Assembly: GCA_963705305.1 (NCBI GenBank)
Contig: OY970067.1
Span: 5,248,001 to 5,312,000, forward strand
DNA length: 64,000 bases
Reading direction: 5' to 3'
Source of the DNA: an uncultured Methylomirabilota bacterium
GTDB taxonomy: Bacteria > Methylomirabilota > Methylomirabilia > Methylomirabilales > 2-02-FULL-66-22
The notes under the pieces were generated by a model. It was not told the origin of the DNA. It was given only the letters and a program-made list of their open reading frames with translations, and searched no databases. Position numbers and translations under genes: made by a program. Of the stretch, positions 19,269 to 27,534 are shown in pieces (the first letter of the stretch is position 1; the number at the start of each line of letters is the position of its first letter).

Positions 19269-20243
19269 CTACCCCGCGATCTTCTTGACCGCTGCCATGA
19301 TCTTCTCTTCGCTGGGGGTGACGAATTTCTCCAGCTTGGGCGCGAAGGGCATGGGGGTATGCAGCGAGGTCACCCGCTGGATCGGCGCATCCAGCAGATC
19401 GAAGCCCTTCTCGGCCACCACGGCGGCGACCTCCGAGGCAAAGCTGCAGTGCGGCGCAGCCTCACAGACAACCACCAGCTTGTTGGTCTTCCCCACCGAG
19501 GTCAGGATGGTCTCCTCATCCAGGGGGGAGAGCGTCCGCGGATCCACCACCTCACACTGGATCCCCTCGGCCGCCAGCCGATCCGCCGCCGCCAGGGACA
19601 GGTGCACCATGCGCGAGGTGGCCACGATCGTCACATCCGACCCCTCCCGCTTGATATCCGCCTTCCCGAGGGGGATGGTGTACTCCTCCTCCGGGATCTC
19701 GGAGCTGGTCGCGTACAGCAGCTTGTGCTCGATGAAGAAGACGGGGTTGTCGTCGCGGATGGCCGCCTTGAGCAGTCCCTTCACGTCGTAGGCCGTCGAG
19801 GGCATGACCACCTTGAGGCCGGGCACATGCACGAACCACGCCTCCAGGCTCTGGGCATGTTGCGCGGCCGAGGAGCGGCCGGTGCCCCCCTGTGTCCGGA
19901 TGACCACCGGGACCTTGGCCTTGCCTCCGAACATGTACTTCACCTTGGCGGTCTGGTTGACGATCTGGTCCATGGCGATGCCGGCGAAGTCGATGTACAT
20001 GAGCTCCGCCACCGGCCGCATCCCCAGGAGGGCCGAGCCCAGGGCCGCCCCCACGATGGCCGCCTCCGAGATCGGGGTATTTCGCACCCGCTCTTTCCCG
20101 AACTCCTGCAGCAGCCCCTGGGTGGTCTTGTAGCTCCCGCCGAACTCGGCGATGTCCTCGCCCAGCAGGTAGACGCGCTCGTCCCGCCGCATCTCCTCCC
20201 GCAGCGCCTCGATGACGGCCTCACGATACGTAATCTTCTTCAT
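19269..20243 (-). CDS. TPP-dependent dehydrogenase E1 beta subunit (AcoB/PdhB-like)
   Basis: LGEDI, RVRNTPISE, AAQHAQSLEAWF, DNPVFFIEHK. Confidence 0.92.
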   Translation of the reverse strand: MKKITYREAVIEALREEMRRDERVYLLGEDIAEFGGSYKTTQGLLQEFGKERVRNTPISEAAIVGAALGSALLGMRPVAELMYIDFAGIAMDQIVNQTAKVKYMFGGKAKVPVVIRTQGGTGRSSAAQHAQSLEAWFVHVPGLKVVMPSTAYDVKGLLKAAIRDDNPVFFIEHKLLYATSSEIPEEEYTIPLGKADIKREGSDVTIVATSRMVHLSLAAADRLAAEGIQCEVVDPRTLSPLDEETILTSVGKTNKLVVVCEAAPHCSFASEVAAVVAEKGFDLLDAPIQRVTSLHTPMPFAPKLEKFVTPSEEKIMAAVKKIAG

Positions 20244-20275
20244 GACGCCTCCTATGGAAAATACCGCACGGTACG

Positions 20276-20356
20276 CTTTCAGCCATCAGCGGTCAGCGTT
20301 CGGCTCCCGGATCCCCGGGCCGAGGCTGAGTGCTGATCGCTGACTCCTGAATGCTG
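20276..20356. repeat. Heptameric tandem repeats forming an inverted repeat
   Basis: ctttcagc catcagc ggtcagc gttcggc ... gctgagt gctgatc gctgact cctgaat gctg. Confidence 0.7.
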
Positions 20357-20359
20357 TGC

Positions 20360-21325
20360 TCATTCCGTGAAGATGTCCTGCAGCGCCAGCTCCAGCTCCG
20401 GCTCGGGACTCTCCCGGGCGAACTGCACCGCCGCCTCGATCTCTTTCTTGATCTGTGCGTCAAGGGAGTCCAGTTCTCCGGCGGGCACTTTCTTCTCCGC
20501 GATGACGCGATGCCGGAAGAGCTGGATCGGATCCCGCTTCTTCCACTCCTCCACCTCTTCCTTGGTTCGGTAGGGCTGTGGGTCCCCCACGAAGTGGCCC
20601 AGGAACCGGTACGTCCTCGCCTCCAGCAGCATGGGGCCGTCCCCCTTGCGCGCCCGATCGATGGCCCGGCCGGCCTTCTCGAACACGTCGAAGACATCCA
20701 TGCCGTCCATGGTCTCGCCGGGGATGTTGAAGGCGGCCGCCCGGTCGGAGACATGCTTCACCCGCTGGTGCGTGGCCCGCGGGGTGGACTCGGCGTACTG
20801 ATTGTTCTCGCACACGAAGACCACCGGCAGGTTCCACACCGCGGCCAGGTTGACCCCCTCGTAGAAGGCCCCGGTGTTGCTGGCCCCGTCACCGAAGAAG
20901 GAGACCGTCACCCGATCGCTGCCCTGCATCTTGAGGGCCAGGCCCGCCCCCGTCGCGATCGGCACCCCCGCTCCCACGATGCCGTTGGCGCCCAGGATGC
21001 CGATGTGCAGGTCGGCGATGTGCATGGAGCCGCCCTTGCCATGGCAGTAGCCGGTCTTCTTGGCAAACAGCTCGGCGAACATCATGTCGAATCGGGCCCC
21101 CTTGGCCACCGCGTGGCCGTGCCCCCGGTGGGTGCTGGTGATCATGTCCTCATTGCTGAGGTGCGCCATCACCCCGGCCGCCACGGCCTCTTCGCCGATG
21201 TAGCAGTGCAGGAAGCCGGGGAGCTGGCCCTTGAGGAACAGGTCCGCCGCGGTCTCCTCGAAGAGCCGCACGGAGACCATCTTGCGGTAGATATCCAGGA
21301 GCAGCGGTTTGGTCAATGGCTTCAT
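20360..21325 (-). CDS. TPP-dependent dehydrogenase E1 alpha subunit (AcoA/PdhA-like)
   Basis: STHRGHGH, GKGGSMHIAD, FFGDGASN...ENNQY, TYRFLGHFVGD. Confidence 0.92.
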   Translation of the reverse strand: MKPLTKPLLLDIYRKMVSVRLFEETAADLFLKGQLPGFLHCYIGEEAVAAGVMAHLSNEDMITSTHRGHGHAVAKGARFDMMFAELFAKKTGYCHGKGGSMHIADLHIGILGANGIVGAGVPIATGAGLALKMQGSDRVTVSFFGDGASNTGAFYEGVNLAAVWNLPVVFVCENNQYAESTPRATHQRVKHVSDRAAAFNIPGETMDGMDVFDVFEKAGRAIDRARKGDGPMLLEARTYRFLGHFVGDPQPYRTKEEVEEWKKRDPIQLFRHRVIAEKKVPAGELDSLDAQIKKEIEAAVQFARESPEPELELALQDIFTE

Positions 21326-21523
21326 GGGTCACCTCGTCGGGCACGGATGAAGGAAGAGAGTCCGGGATACCTTTCGGCGACCGTGCCGTCCCGCCGCATC
21401 CCCATGCTGCATGCTGCGCGCCACACGTTGAATGACTGGATGCTTTTGCCGCGGCCCCCATCGGTCGGACCGGATGCCGCCCTTTTCAAACCCCCGGAGG
21501 TCTGTCCCGCCCCGATCGCGCTT

Positions 21524-22234
21524 TCAGTCTGCCTTGAACAGGCCTTGCACCCGGTCCCGGATCATCTCAATATGATACATCATGGCAATTTTCGCCCGTT
21601 CGGGTGCCCGCGCCCGGATGGCGTCCAGGACAGCCGCGTGCTCGTCGCAAATGGCCTCCAGGTTTTGGGTCTGCAGGACCGCCAGTCGCAGGCCATGGGA
21701 GGACCACATGAGGTTGCCGAAGGTGTCCACCAGACGGACCATGAGGCTGCTGTGGGTCGAGGCCACGACGGCCATGTGAAAGGCCACATCGGCCTTATCC
21801 AGCGCCTCCCGATCATTCCGGGCCGCCGCCGCCCGCAGCTCGGGAAGCGTGGCCTCGACCTGCCGCAGATCCTCCGACGTGGCCTGCTGGGCGGCCTCGG
21901 CAGCCGTCATGCCCTCCATCCACTTTCGGATGTCCAGGAAGTGCAGAAAGTTCCCGACATCTCCCTTCAGGAGGCGGCCGAGGGGCTGTTGCAGCGATTC
22001 GGTCGTGAGCCTCCGTACGTAGGTCCCCTGGGACTTGCGGACCTCCAGAAGCCCCATCCCCTGGAGCTGCTGGATGGCCTCGCGCAAGGCCTGCCGCCCC
22101 ACCCCCAAGGCCTGCGCCAGCGCGCGCTCGGGGGGGAGCTTGTTCCCCTCGACCAGCTGGCCGCTGAAGATGGCCGAGATCACCTGGTCGACGATCTCAT
22201 CCGAGACGCTTCGCGTTCGCACTTTAGTAAACAT
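21524..22234 (-). CDS. FadR/GntR family transcriptional regulator (FCD domain)
   Basis: KLPPERALAQALGVGRQALREA, GTYV, DVAFH, EHAAVLDAI. Confidence 0.92.
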   Translation of the reverse strand: MFTKVRTRSVSDEIVDQVISAIFSGQLVEGNKLPPERALAQALGVGRQALREAIQQLQGMGLLEVRKSQGTYVRRLTTESLQQPLGRLLKGDVGNFLHFLDIRKWMEGMTAAEAAQQATSEDLRQVEATLPELRAAAARNDREALDKADVAFHMAVVASTHSSLMVRLVDTFGNLMWSSHGLRLAVLQTQNLEAICDEHAAVLDAIRARAPERAKIAMMYHIEMIRDRVQGLFKAD

Positions 22235-22248
22235 AATAGGGTGGTTTC

Positions 22249-22277
22249 ATTGTCGGACCACGGGTCCACTCCGTCAA
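22249..22277 (-). promoter_or_regulatory. Sigma70-type promoter with overlapping FadR-type operator
   Basis: Minus strand TTGACG-N17-GACAAT; GTGGTCCGACAAT resembles the TGGTnnGACCA-type FadR-subfamily box. Confidence 0.6.
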
Positions 22278-22442
22278 GATCAAAAATGAAATTTCATGGA
22301 TCGTCCTGAAACACAAACCAATAGCGCAAATCAAACAGGAAGCAACCGACGTCGAAGATGATGGAGCGGCACTCCGCCTTGGCGCCCGGAGGCTGGAAAC
22401 ATGTACCCTACGGATGCTGACACGCGTTCAACGTGAGGAGGG

Positions 22443-22714
22443 TTAACGGGCGGGCATTCTGCTGGCTACGGGCGAAACCTTGCCGATCCCTTTCACCTCC
22501 CGCAACTCTTCCAGCGGCGCATCCAGGATCCCACGGAGACTGCCGAACCGGGCGATGGCGCCTTGGCCTGCTCCTTCGCGTCCAGCCGCGGGATAGCGAG
22601 GGTAAGGAGCAGCTCCACGACCTCGTAATCGGCGAAGCCCGAGAGGCCGCTCTTAATGAAGCGCTCCCGGAGTCGCTGGCGGTGTCCGAGGTAGTGAGGC
22701 CGGTCGTCAGTCAT
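22443..22714 (-). pseudogene. radC: RadC N-terminal remnant, frameshifted and truncated
   Basis: HYLGHRQRLRERF...DYEVVELLLTLAIPR..AKA/[frameshift]/IARFGSLRGILDAPLEELREVKGIG then stop; no JAB domain. Confidence 0.8.
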
Positions 22715-22903
22715 TCGATGACAGCCCTCGACCGTCAAACAAGAACGCCGATCCTCGCAAGAGAACCGGCGCTCATCTGTCCAAGGCTCCCTCCAATGAA
22801 ATCCTGGCGTTGAGGCTCCCACGCCTCCCGAGGGCACCTCGCAAGTTAATGCGTTATACACAATTACAGTTCGTTGAACCTATTTGAAAGCAGGTGAACA
22901 CGT

Positions 22904-23107
22904 ATGGCTATCGTTAAGACATCGGCCAAGGGACAGGTCGTCATCCCGGCTGAGCTTCGGGAAAGGATCGGGCTTCGGGCCGGCGGCAAGGTTCTTGTGA
23001 CCCTGGCCGACACCGGAAAGGTGGTCATCGAACCAGTCCCCGACGATCCTATCGAGGCCGCCTGCGGCATGCTCCAGGGGGGGGCTCCCTCACCAAAGCG
23101 TTGCTGA
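22904..23107 (+). CDS. AbrB/MazE/SpoVT-family antitoxin (C-terminus shifted at a G8 tract)
   Basis: SAKGQVVIPAELRERIGL swapped-hairpin motif; directly upstream of a PIN gene. Confidence 0.85.
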   Translation: MAIVKTSAKGQVVIPAELRERIGLRAGGKVLVTLADTGKVVIEPVPDDPIEAACGMLQGGAPSPKRC

Positions 23108-23125
23108 AGGAGCGACGAGAAGACC

Positions 23126-23533
23126 ATGCCCGCGAAGAAAAGAAGTTTGCTCGATTCCTCCGCCCTGCTCGCCTTCCTCAACAGGGAGCGCGGGTTCGAA
23201 AGGGTTAAGCTTCTCCTCCGGACCGCCGCGGCTTCGGATGAGCCTCTCCTTATGAACGAGATCACCATCGGAGAGGTCTACTACGTTATCGCCAAGGATC
23301 GATCCATAGAAAAGGCTGAAGAGTTTCTCCATCGGCTCCAGACGCTGCCGGTCCAACCCGTCGCCAACTCCTTCCCCGATATCATCGAGGCGGCCAGGAT
23401 CAAGGCGCGGTTCCCTATTTCCTATGCCGACGCCTTTGCTGTGGCAACCGCCATTCGAATGAACGCCGCCATCGTCACCGAGGACCCCGAGTTTCGGGCG
23501 ATCGAACACCTCGTGACGGTTGACTGGCTCTGA
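23126..23533 (+). CDS. vapC: VapC/PIN-domain toxin
   Basis: LLDSSALLA, GEVYY, ISYADAFAVATA, IVTEDPEF acidic PIN residues. Confidence 0.9.
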   Translation: MPAKKRSLLDSSALLAFLNRERGFERVKLLLRTAAASDEPLLMNEITIGEVYYVIAKDRSIEKAEEFLHRLQTLPVQPVANSFPDIIEAARIKARFPISYADAFAVATAIRMNAAIVTEDPEFRAIEHLVTVDWL

Positions 23534-23572
23534 GTCCAGTATTTAGGGCTAGCCTGGCGAAAGTTTTGCGGC

Positions 23573-24166
23573 TCAGTCCTTCACGGCTTCGATCAGATAC
23601 CAATTCGGGTGGTGCTCCACCTCGGCGTGCAGGCCCGCCTCCAGCAATATTCGCTCCACCGCGCGCGGGGTGAAGAAATCCTCGGGGCGGTGCTCGACGG
23701 CAAAGGGCAGGAGGTGCGCCGTCGGCCCCCAATCCAGAAGGAGCAGCCTGCCGTCCGCCCGCACCACTCGGCCCATCTCCGACAGGGCCGGCCGGAGGTC
23801 CGCCAGGTGGTGGAACAGCATGACCCCGGTCGCCAGATCGAACGCGCCGTCGCGAAAGGGCAGGGATTCCGCCGCCCCGGCAAGCAGCCGGAGCGGCACC
23901 GCCGGCTCCGCCCGCCGGATCGCCTCCTCCCCCCGTCTCAGCGAGTCCTCGGCGGAATCTATCGACCAGACACGGCTCCCGGGCGGCAGGTACCGGCCGA
24001 GGAAGATCGCGCTGCGGCCGATCCCGGTGCCCACGTCCAACGCCCGCACGGGGCGGCGGGGCAGGCGCCGGATCAGAGCCGCACGGATCTCCTCCCCGTG
24101 ACCGAAGAAGTCAACGCGCCGGTCTCCGCCGCCGGCACTGCGCGCACGCTTCCGCTCGCCCGCCAT
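23573..24166 (-). CDS. Class I SAM-dependent methyltransferase
   Basis: ALDVGTGIG, AESLPFRDGAFD, EMGRVVRADG. Confidence 0.88.
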   Translation of the reverse strand: MAGERKRARSAGGGDRRVDFFGHGEEIRAALIRRLPRRPVRALDVGTGIGRSAIFLGRYLPPGSRVWSIDSAEDSLRRGEEAIRRAEPAVPLRLLAGAAESLPFRDGAFDLATGVMLFHHLADLRPALSEMGRVVRADGRLLLLDWGPTAHLLPFAVEHRPEDFFTPRAVERILLEAGLHAEVEHHPNWYLIEAVKD

Positions 24167-24187
24167 TTCCCGATTCCTCTTCCCCGG

Positions 24188-25018
24188 TCACTTCTCCTGG
24201 CCGAAGGTCACGCTCCGCATGAAATGCTTCTGTAGGGCCAGGAGAATGAGGAGCGGCGGGAGCATGACTAGGAGGACGCCGGCCATGATGACGTTCCACT
24301 CGGCCTGCGCATCCGTTGCCACCAGCATCTTGATGCCGATCTGCGCGACCCGCATCTCGTTCGAGGTGGTCACGATGAGAGGCCAGAGGTACTCGTTCCA
24401 CATGTACACGAACTCGACCATGAAGAGCGCCATCAGATTGTTGTAGGACAACGGCAGGAGGATCTGGGTGAGGAACCGCATCGGACCCGCACCGTCCATG
24501 CGCGCCGCGTCCGACAGGGACGACGGGACGGTCAGGAAGAACTGCTGGAATAACAGGGTTCCGGTGGCGCTGGCGAAGAAGGGGATGGTGAGGGCGTAGT
24601 AGGTGTTCACCCAGTGGAGGGTGTCCATGAGCTGGAAGGTCGAGATGATCCGCACGGGCAGGGGCAGCATGTGGGTGATCAGGATGACCACGAACAGGAG
24701 GCCCTTCCCCGGAAAATCCCGAAAATAGGTGAACGCGAAGGCGGCCAGCACCGACAGGACGATCTTCCCCACGGCCACGCCCATCGAGATGATGAAGCTG
24801 TTGGCCAGCAACCGTCCCATATGCACCTTGGTCCAGGCCAGGTAAACGTTCTGGAAGAGCGCAGTGCCTGGAAGCAGCCGGGGCGGATAGATGAAGACCT
24901 GCTGGAAGTCGAAGGTGCTCACCAGCAGCGCGTAGAACACGGGAAAACAGGTGACGGCAACGCACAGCAGCAGCAGGCCATGCTGCCCCAGAGACCGGAA
25001 GGAGCGGCGGGATCTCAT
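24188..25018 (-). CDS. Carbohydrate ABC permease, UgpE-like (module 2)
   Basis: EAA loop [34 protein letters not shown]. Confidence 0.88.
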   Translation of the reverse strand: MRSRRSFRSLGQHGLLLLCVAVTCFPVFYALLVSTFDFQQVFIYPPRLLPGTALFQNVYLAWTKVHMGRLLANSFIISMGVAVGKIVLSVLAAFAFTYFRDFPGKGLLFVVILITHMLPLPVRIISTFQLMDTLHWVNTYYALTIPFFASATGTLLFQQFFLTVPSSLSDAARMDGAGPMRFLTQILLPLSYNNLMALFMVEFVYMWNEYLWPLIVTTSNEMRVAQIGIKMLVATDAQAEWNVIMAGVLLVMLPPLLILLALQKHFMRSVTFGQEK

Positions 25019-25036
25019 CGGGATAACTTCCCCGGG

Positions 25037-25924
25037 TCACGCATAGAACACGCGGCGGCCGGCATAGCGGAATTGGAGCAGCGTAAGCGCGCTGACCAGG
25101 ATGAACAGGACGATGGACTGGGCCGACGCGTAGCCCCAGCGGATGCTGATGAAGCCGTCTCGATAGAGCTTGTAGATCAGCACCTCCGTGCCCCCGCCCG
25201 GCCCCCCCTGCGTCATGACGTCGATGAGCCCAAAAACCTCGAAGAAGGCGTAGAGCGAGTTCATGACGAAGAGGAAGAAGGTCATGGGCGACAGAATGGG
25301 GAAGGTCACCCGCCAGAAGGTCTGCCGGCCCGAGGCCCCGTCCACGTGGGCCGCCTCTATGACTTCATCCGGAATATTCTGCAAGCCGGCCAGGAAGAAT
25401 ACGATGTTGAAGCCCAACATCTTCCAGGCGGCAGCCAGGATCACCACGAGCAGGGCGTAGTTCGGGCTCATCATCCAGTTGGGGGAGAACCCCGTGGTCA
25501 GCCGGATGAGGTAGGTCATCAGCCCGCTGGAGGGCTCGAACAGGAGCGCCCACACGATCCCGGCCACGGCCGGCGAGAGCGCATAGGGCCACAGCAGGAA
25601 GGTCCGGTACAGCCCGATCCCGCGCAGCGGCTTGTTGGCCAGGACGGCCATCCCCAGCGAGACGGACATGGACAGGATGACCACGGCCACCGCGAACAGC
25701 ACGCTCAGGCGCAGACTGGCCTGGTAGCTGTCCGACGTCAGGATCTCCCGGAAGTTGCCCAGCCCGACAAAGAGCAGCTTGTTGCCGAACGGCGAGACCT
25801 CGAAGAAGGAGAGATACAGCGCCTGGATCGAGGGCAGGATCAGGAAGATGGCGACGATGGCGATGGAGGGGAGGACTAGGACGTACGGCAGCTTGCGGTC
25901 CGGAAATCTCCCCTCCGTCGCCAC
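25037..25924 (-). CDS. Carbohydrate ABC permease, UgpA-like (module 2)
   Basis: WPYALSPAVAG, FFLAGLQNIP..EAAHVDGA, TQGGPG. Confidence 0.88.
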   Translation of the reverse strand: MATEGRFPDRKLPYVLVLPSIAIVAIFLILPSIQALYLSFFEVSPFGNKLLFVGLGNFREILTSDSYQASLRLSVLFAVAVVILSMSVSLGMAVLANKPLRGIGLYRTFLLWPYALSPAVAGIVWALLFEPSSGLMTYLIRLTTGFSPNWMMSPNYALLVVILAAAWKMLGFNIVFFLAGLQNIPDEVIEAAHVDGASGRQTFWRVTFPILSPMTFFLFVMNSLYAFFEVFGLIDVMTQGGPGGGTEVLIYKLYRDGFISIRWGYASAQSIVLFILVSALTLLQFRYAGRRVFYA

Positions 25925-25940
25925 GAGTCGCCCTTTCTGG

Positions 25941-27248
25941 CTACTTCTGCAGCCGATCGTACTCGCCGAGGACCTTGTTGATCTCCTGCGCGCCTTCCTC
26001 CAGGGCCGCCTGCGGGCTCAGCTTGCCGCTGAAGGCCTTTTCCAGGGCCGTGTCGGTGAGGTCGCGGATCTGGACGAAGTTGCCCAGCAAGACGCCCCGG
26101 GTGGCGGGAGTATCGGGCCCCATCTGGATCTGCTTGAAGGCGGTCTCAAAATTGGGGTGCTTCTTGAACCAGCCCTGCTGGCGCAGCAGCTCCTCCGCGG
26201 CGTGAGTGGCGGGGAAATATCCGGTGTCCTCGTGCCACTTGGCCGCCTGCTCGGGCTGGCCGATGTACTTGAAGAACTTGGCGATCCCGTCCAGCTCCTG
26301 CGAGGTGCGCCCCTTGCCCTTCAGGACCCAGAGCGACGCCCCCCCGATGACCGATTTCCCCTGCGGTTTGCCCTCCAGGCGCGGCAGAAACCCCGTCCCC
26401 ACTTCGAAGCTAGCCGCCTGCTCGATGGTGCTGACCTGCGAGGTGGACTGCAGCAGCATGGCCACCTCCCCCGAGAGGAACGCCTTGTTGGGTGCGTACT
26501 CCCGGCCGCCGTACATCAGCAGGCCATTCTTGGCCCAGCCGGTCCATCGGCTGAGAACCTCCTGCCCGAACGGACCGTTGAACAGCACTTGGGTCGCCCG
26601 GCTCTTGCGCCCGTTCTCGTTGTTGGCGTAGAGCTGGTTGTGGTAGGCGAAGGCCTGCTCGAACATCCAGGCCGGCCAGCCGAAGGTGATGGCCGCGCGG
26701 GCCGCCCCGCTGGCGACGATCTTCTTCCCCATCTCCTCCACGTCCTTGTAGGTGACGGGGGGTCTGTTGGGGTCCAGGCCGGCCTTCTTGAAGGCATCCT
26801 TGTTGTAGTAGAGAATCGCCGACGAGGAGTTGAACGGCATGGAGTTGAGCTTGCCGTTCACGGTGTAGTAGTTGAGGATCGGCGCGAAGTAATCCTTCCA
26901 GTTGATCTCCCCTGATTTGACCACTTCCGTCACGGGGATGATTGCTCCGCTGTCGATCATGGTCTGGGTGCCGACCTCGTACACCTGCAGGATGTGCGGC
27001 GGGTCTCCCGCCCGGATCGCCGCGATGCCCTTGGTCACGGTCTCGGCATAGCTCCCGCTGAACAGCGGCTCGATGGCGTATTCCGGATACTGCTTGTTGA
27101 ACCCGGCGGCGATGTCCTTGGTGATGGCCTCGTAGCGCGCCCCGCCCATGGCGTGCCACAGCTTGATCTTGACCTGTGCCGCCGCCTGCCCGGCCCATCC
27201 CAGGACCGCTGCCACGAGGATCAGCGCCACCGCCCAGCGTCGTCGCAT
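25941..27248 (-). CDS. sn-glycerol-3-phosphate/glycerophosphodiester-binding protein, UgpB-like (module 2)
   Basis: Signal peptide; WHAM, QVYEVGTQTM, SMPFNSS, IGGASLWV, GNFVQIR. Confidence 0.88.
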   Translation of the reverse strand: MRRRWAVALILVAAVLGWAGQAAAQVKIKLWHAMGGARYEAITKDIAAGFNKQYPEYAIEPLFSGSYAETVTKGIAAIRAGDPPHILQVYEVGTQTMIDSGAIIPVTEVVKSGEINWKDYFAPILNYYTVNGKLNSMPFNSSSAILYYNKDAFKKAGLDPNRPPVTYKDVEEMGKKIVASGAARAAITFGWPAWMFEQAFAYHNQLYANNENGRKSRATQVLFNGPFGQEVLSRWTGWAKNGLLMYGGREYAPNKAFLSGEVAMLLQSTSQVSTIEQAASFEVGTGFLPRLEGKPQGKSVIGGASLWVLKGKGRTSQELDGIAKFFKYIGQPEQAAKWHEDTGYFPATHAAEELLRQQGWFKKHPNFETAFKQIQMGPDTPATRGVLLGNFVQIRDLTDTALEKAFSGKLSPQAALEEGAQEINKVLGEYDRLQK

Positions 27249-27328
27249 GGCTCCCTCCTTTCGCCGGCGAATTCCCTGCCGGCTTGTTCGCCCCGACCGA
27301 AGGGATCAACGTCCGTTCGTCGCCCGTG

Positions 27329-27424
27329 GGGCTCTCTCCGGCTCTTCGCCCATCACATCGTCGATAACCCCGGTCCGACTCACCGACCGTGGGCAGTCTA
27401 TGTGCAATCCTCGGAGCCTGTCAA
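27329..27424 (-). promoter_or_regulatory. Promoter plus leader with a putative GlpP-recognition motif (second copy)
   Basis: TTGACA-N18-TAGACT (27424-27395), a 5' hairpin, then GGCGAAGAGCCGGAGAGAGCCC matching the glpP leader motif at 17/22. Confidence 0.6.
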
Positions 27425-27446
27425 CTGTGAACCGAGAAACCTTTTG

Positions 27447-27525
27447 AACCGCCATGACGCCAAGGTCTCCCTTTCATTTTCGAAATTCGAATTGTCCCTT
27501 GGCGCCTTGGCGGTGAGATATTTTC
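27447..27525. repeat. REP-like inverted repeat (ACCGCCAnGnCGCCAAG type)
   Basis: aaccgccatgacgccaagg ... ccttggcgccttggcggtga; right arm recurs at 32342-32369. Confidence 0.65.
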
Positions 27526-27534
27526 GGAAGGGGG

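Noticed and set aside
22360..22385. tRNA-3'-end-like fragment as an att site for the radC/vapBC islet
   Set aside because: No T-loop or cloverleaf and no second copy seen.
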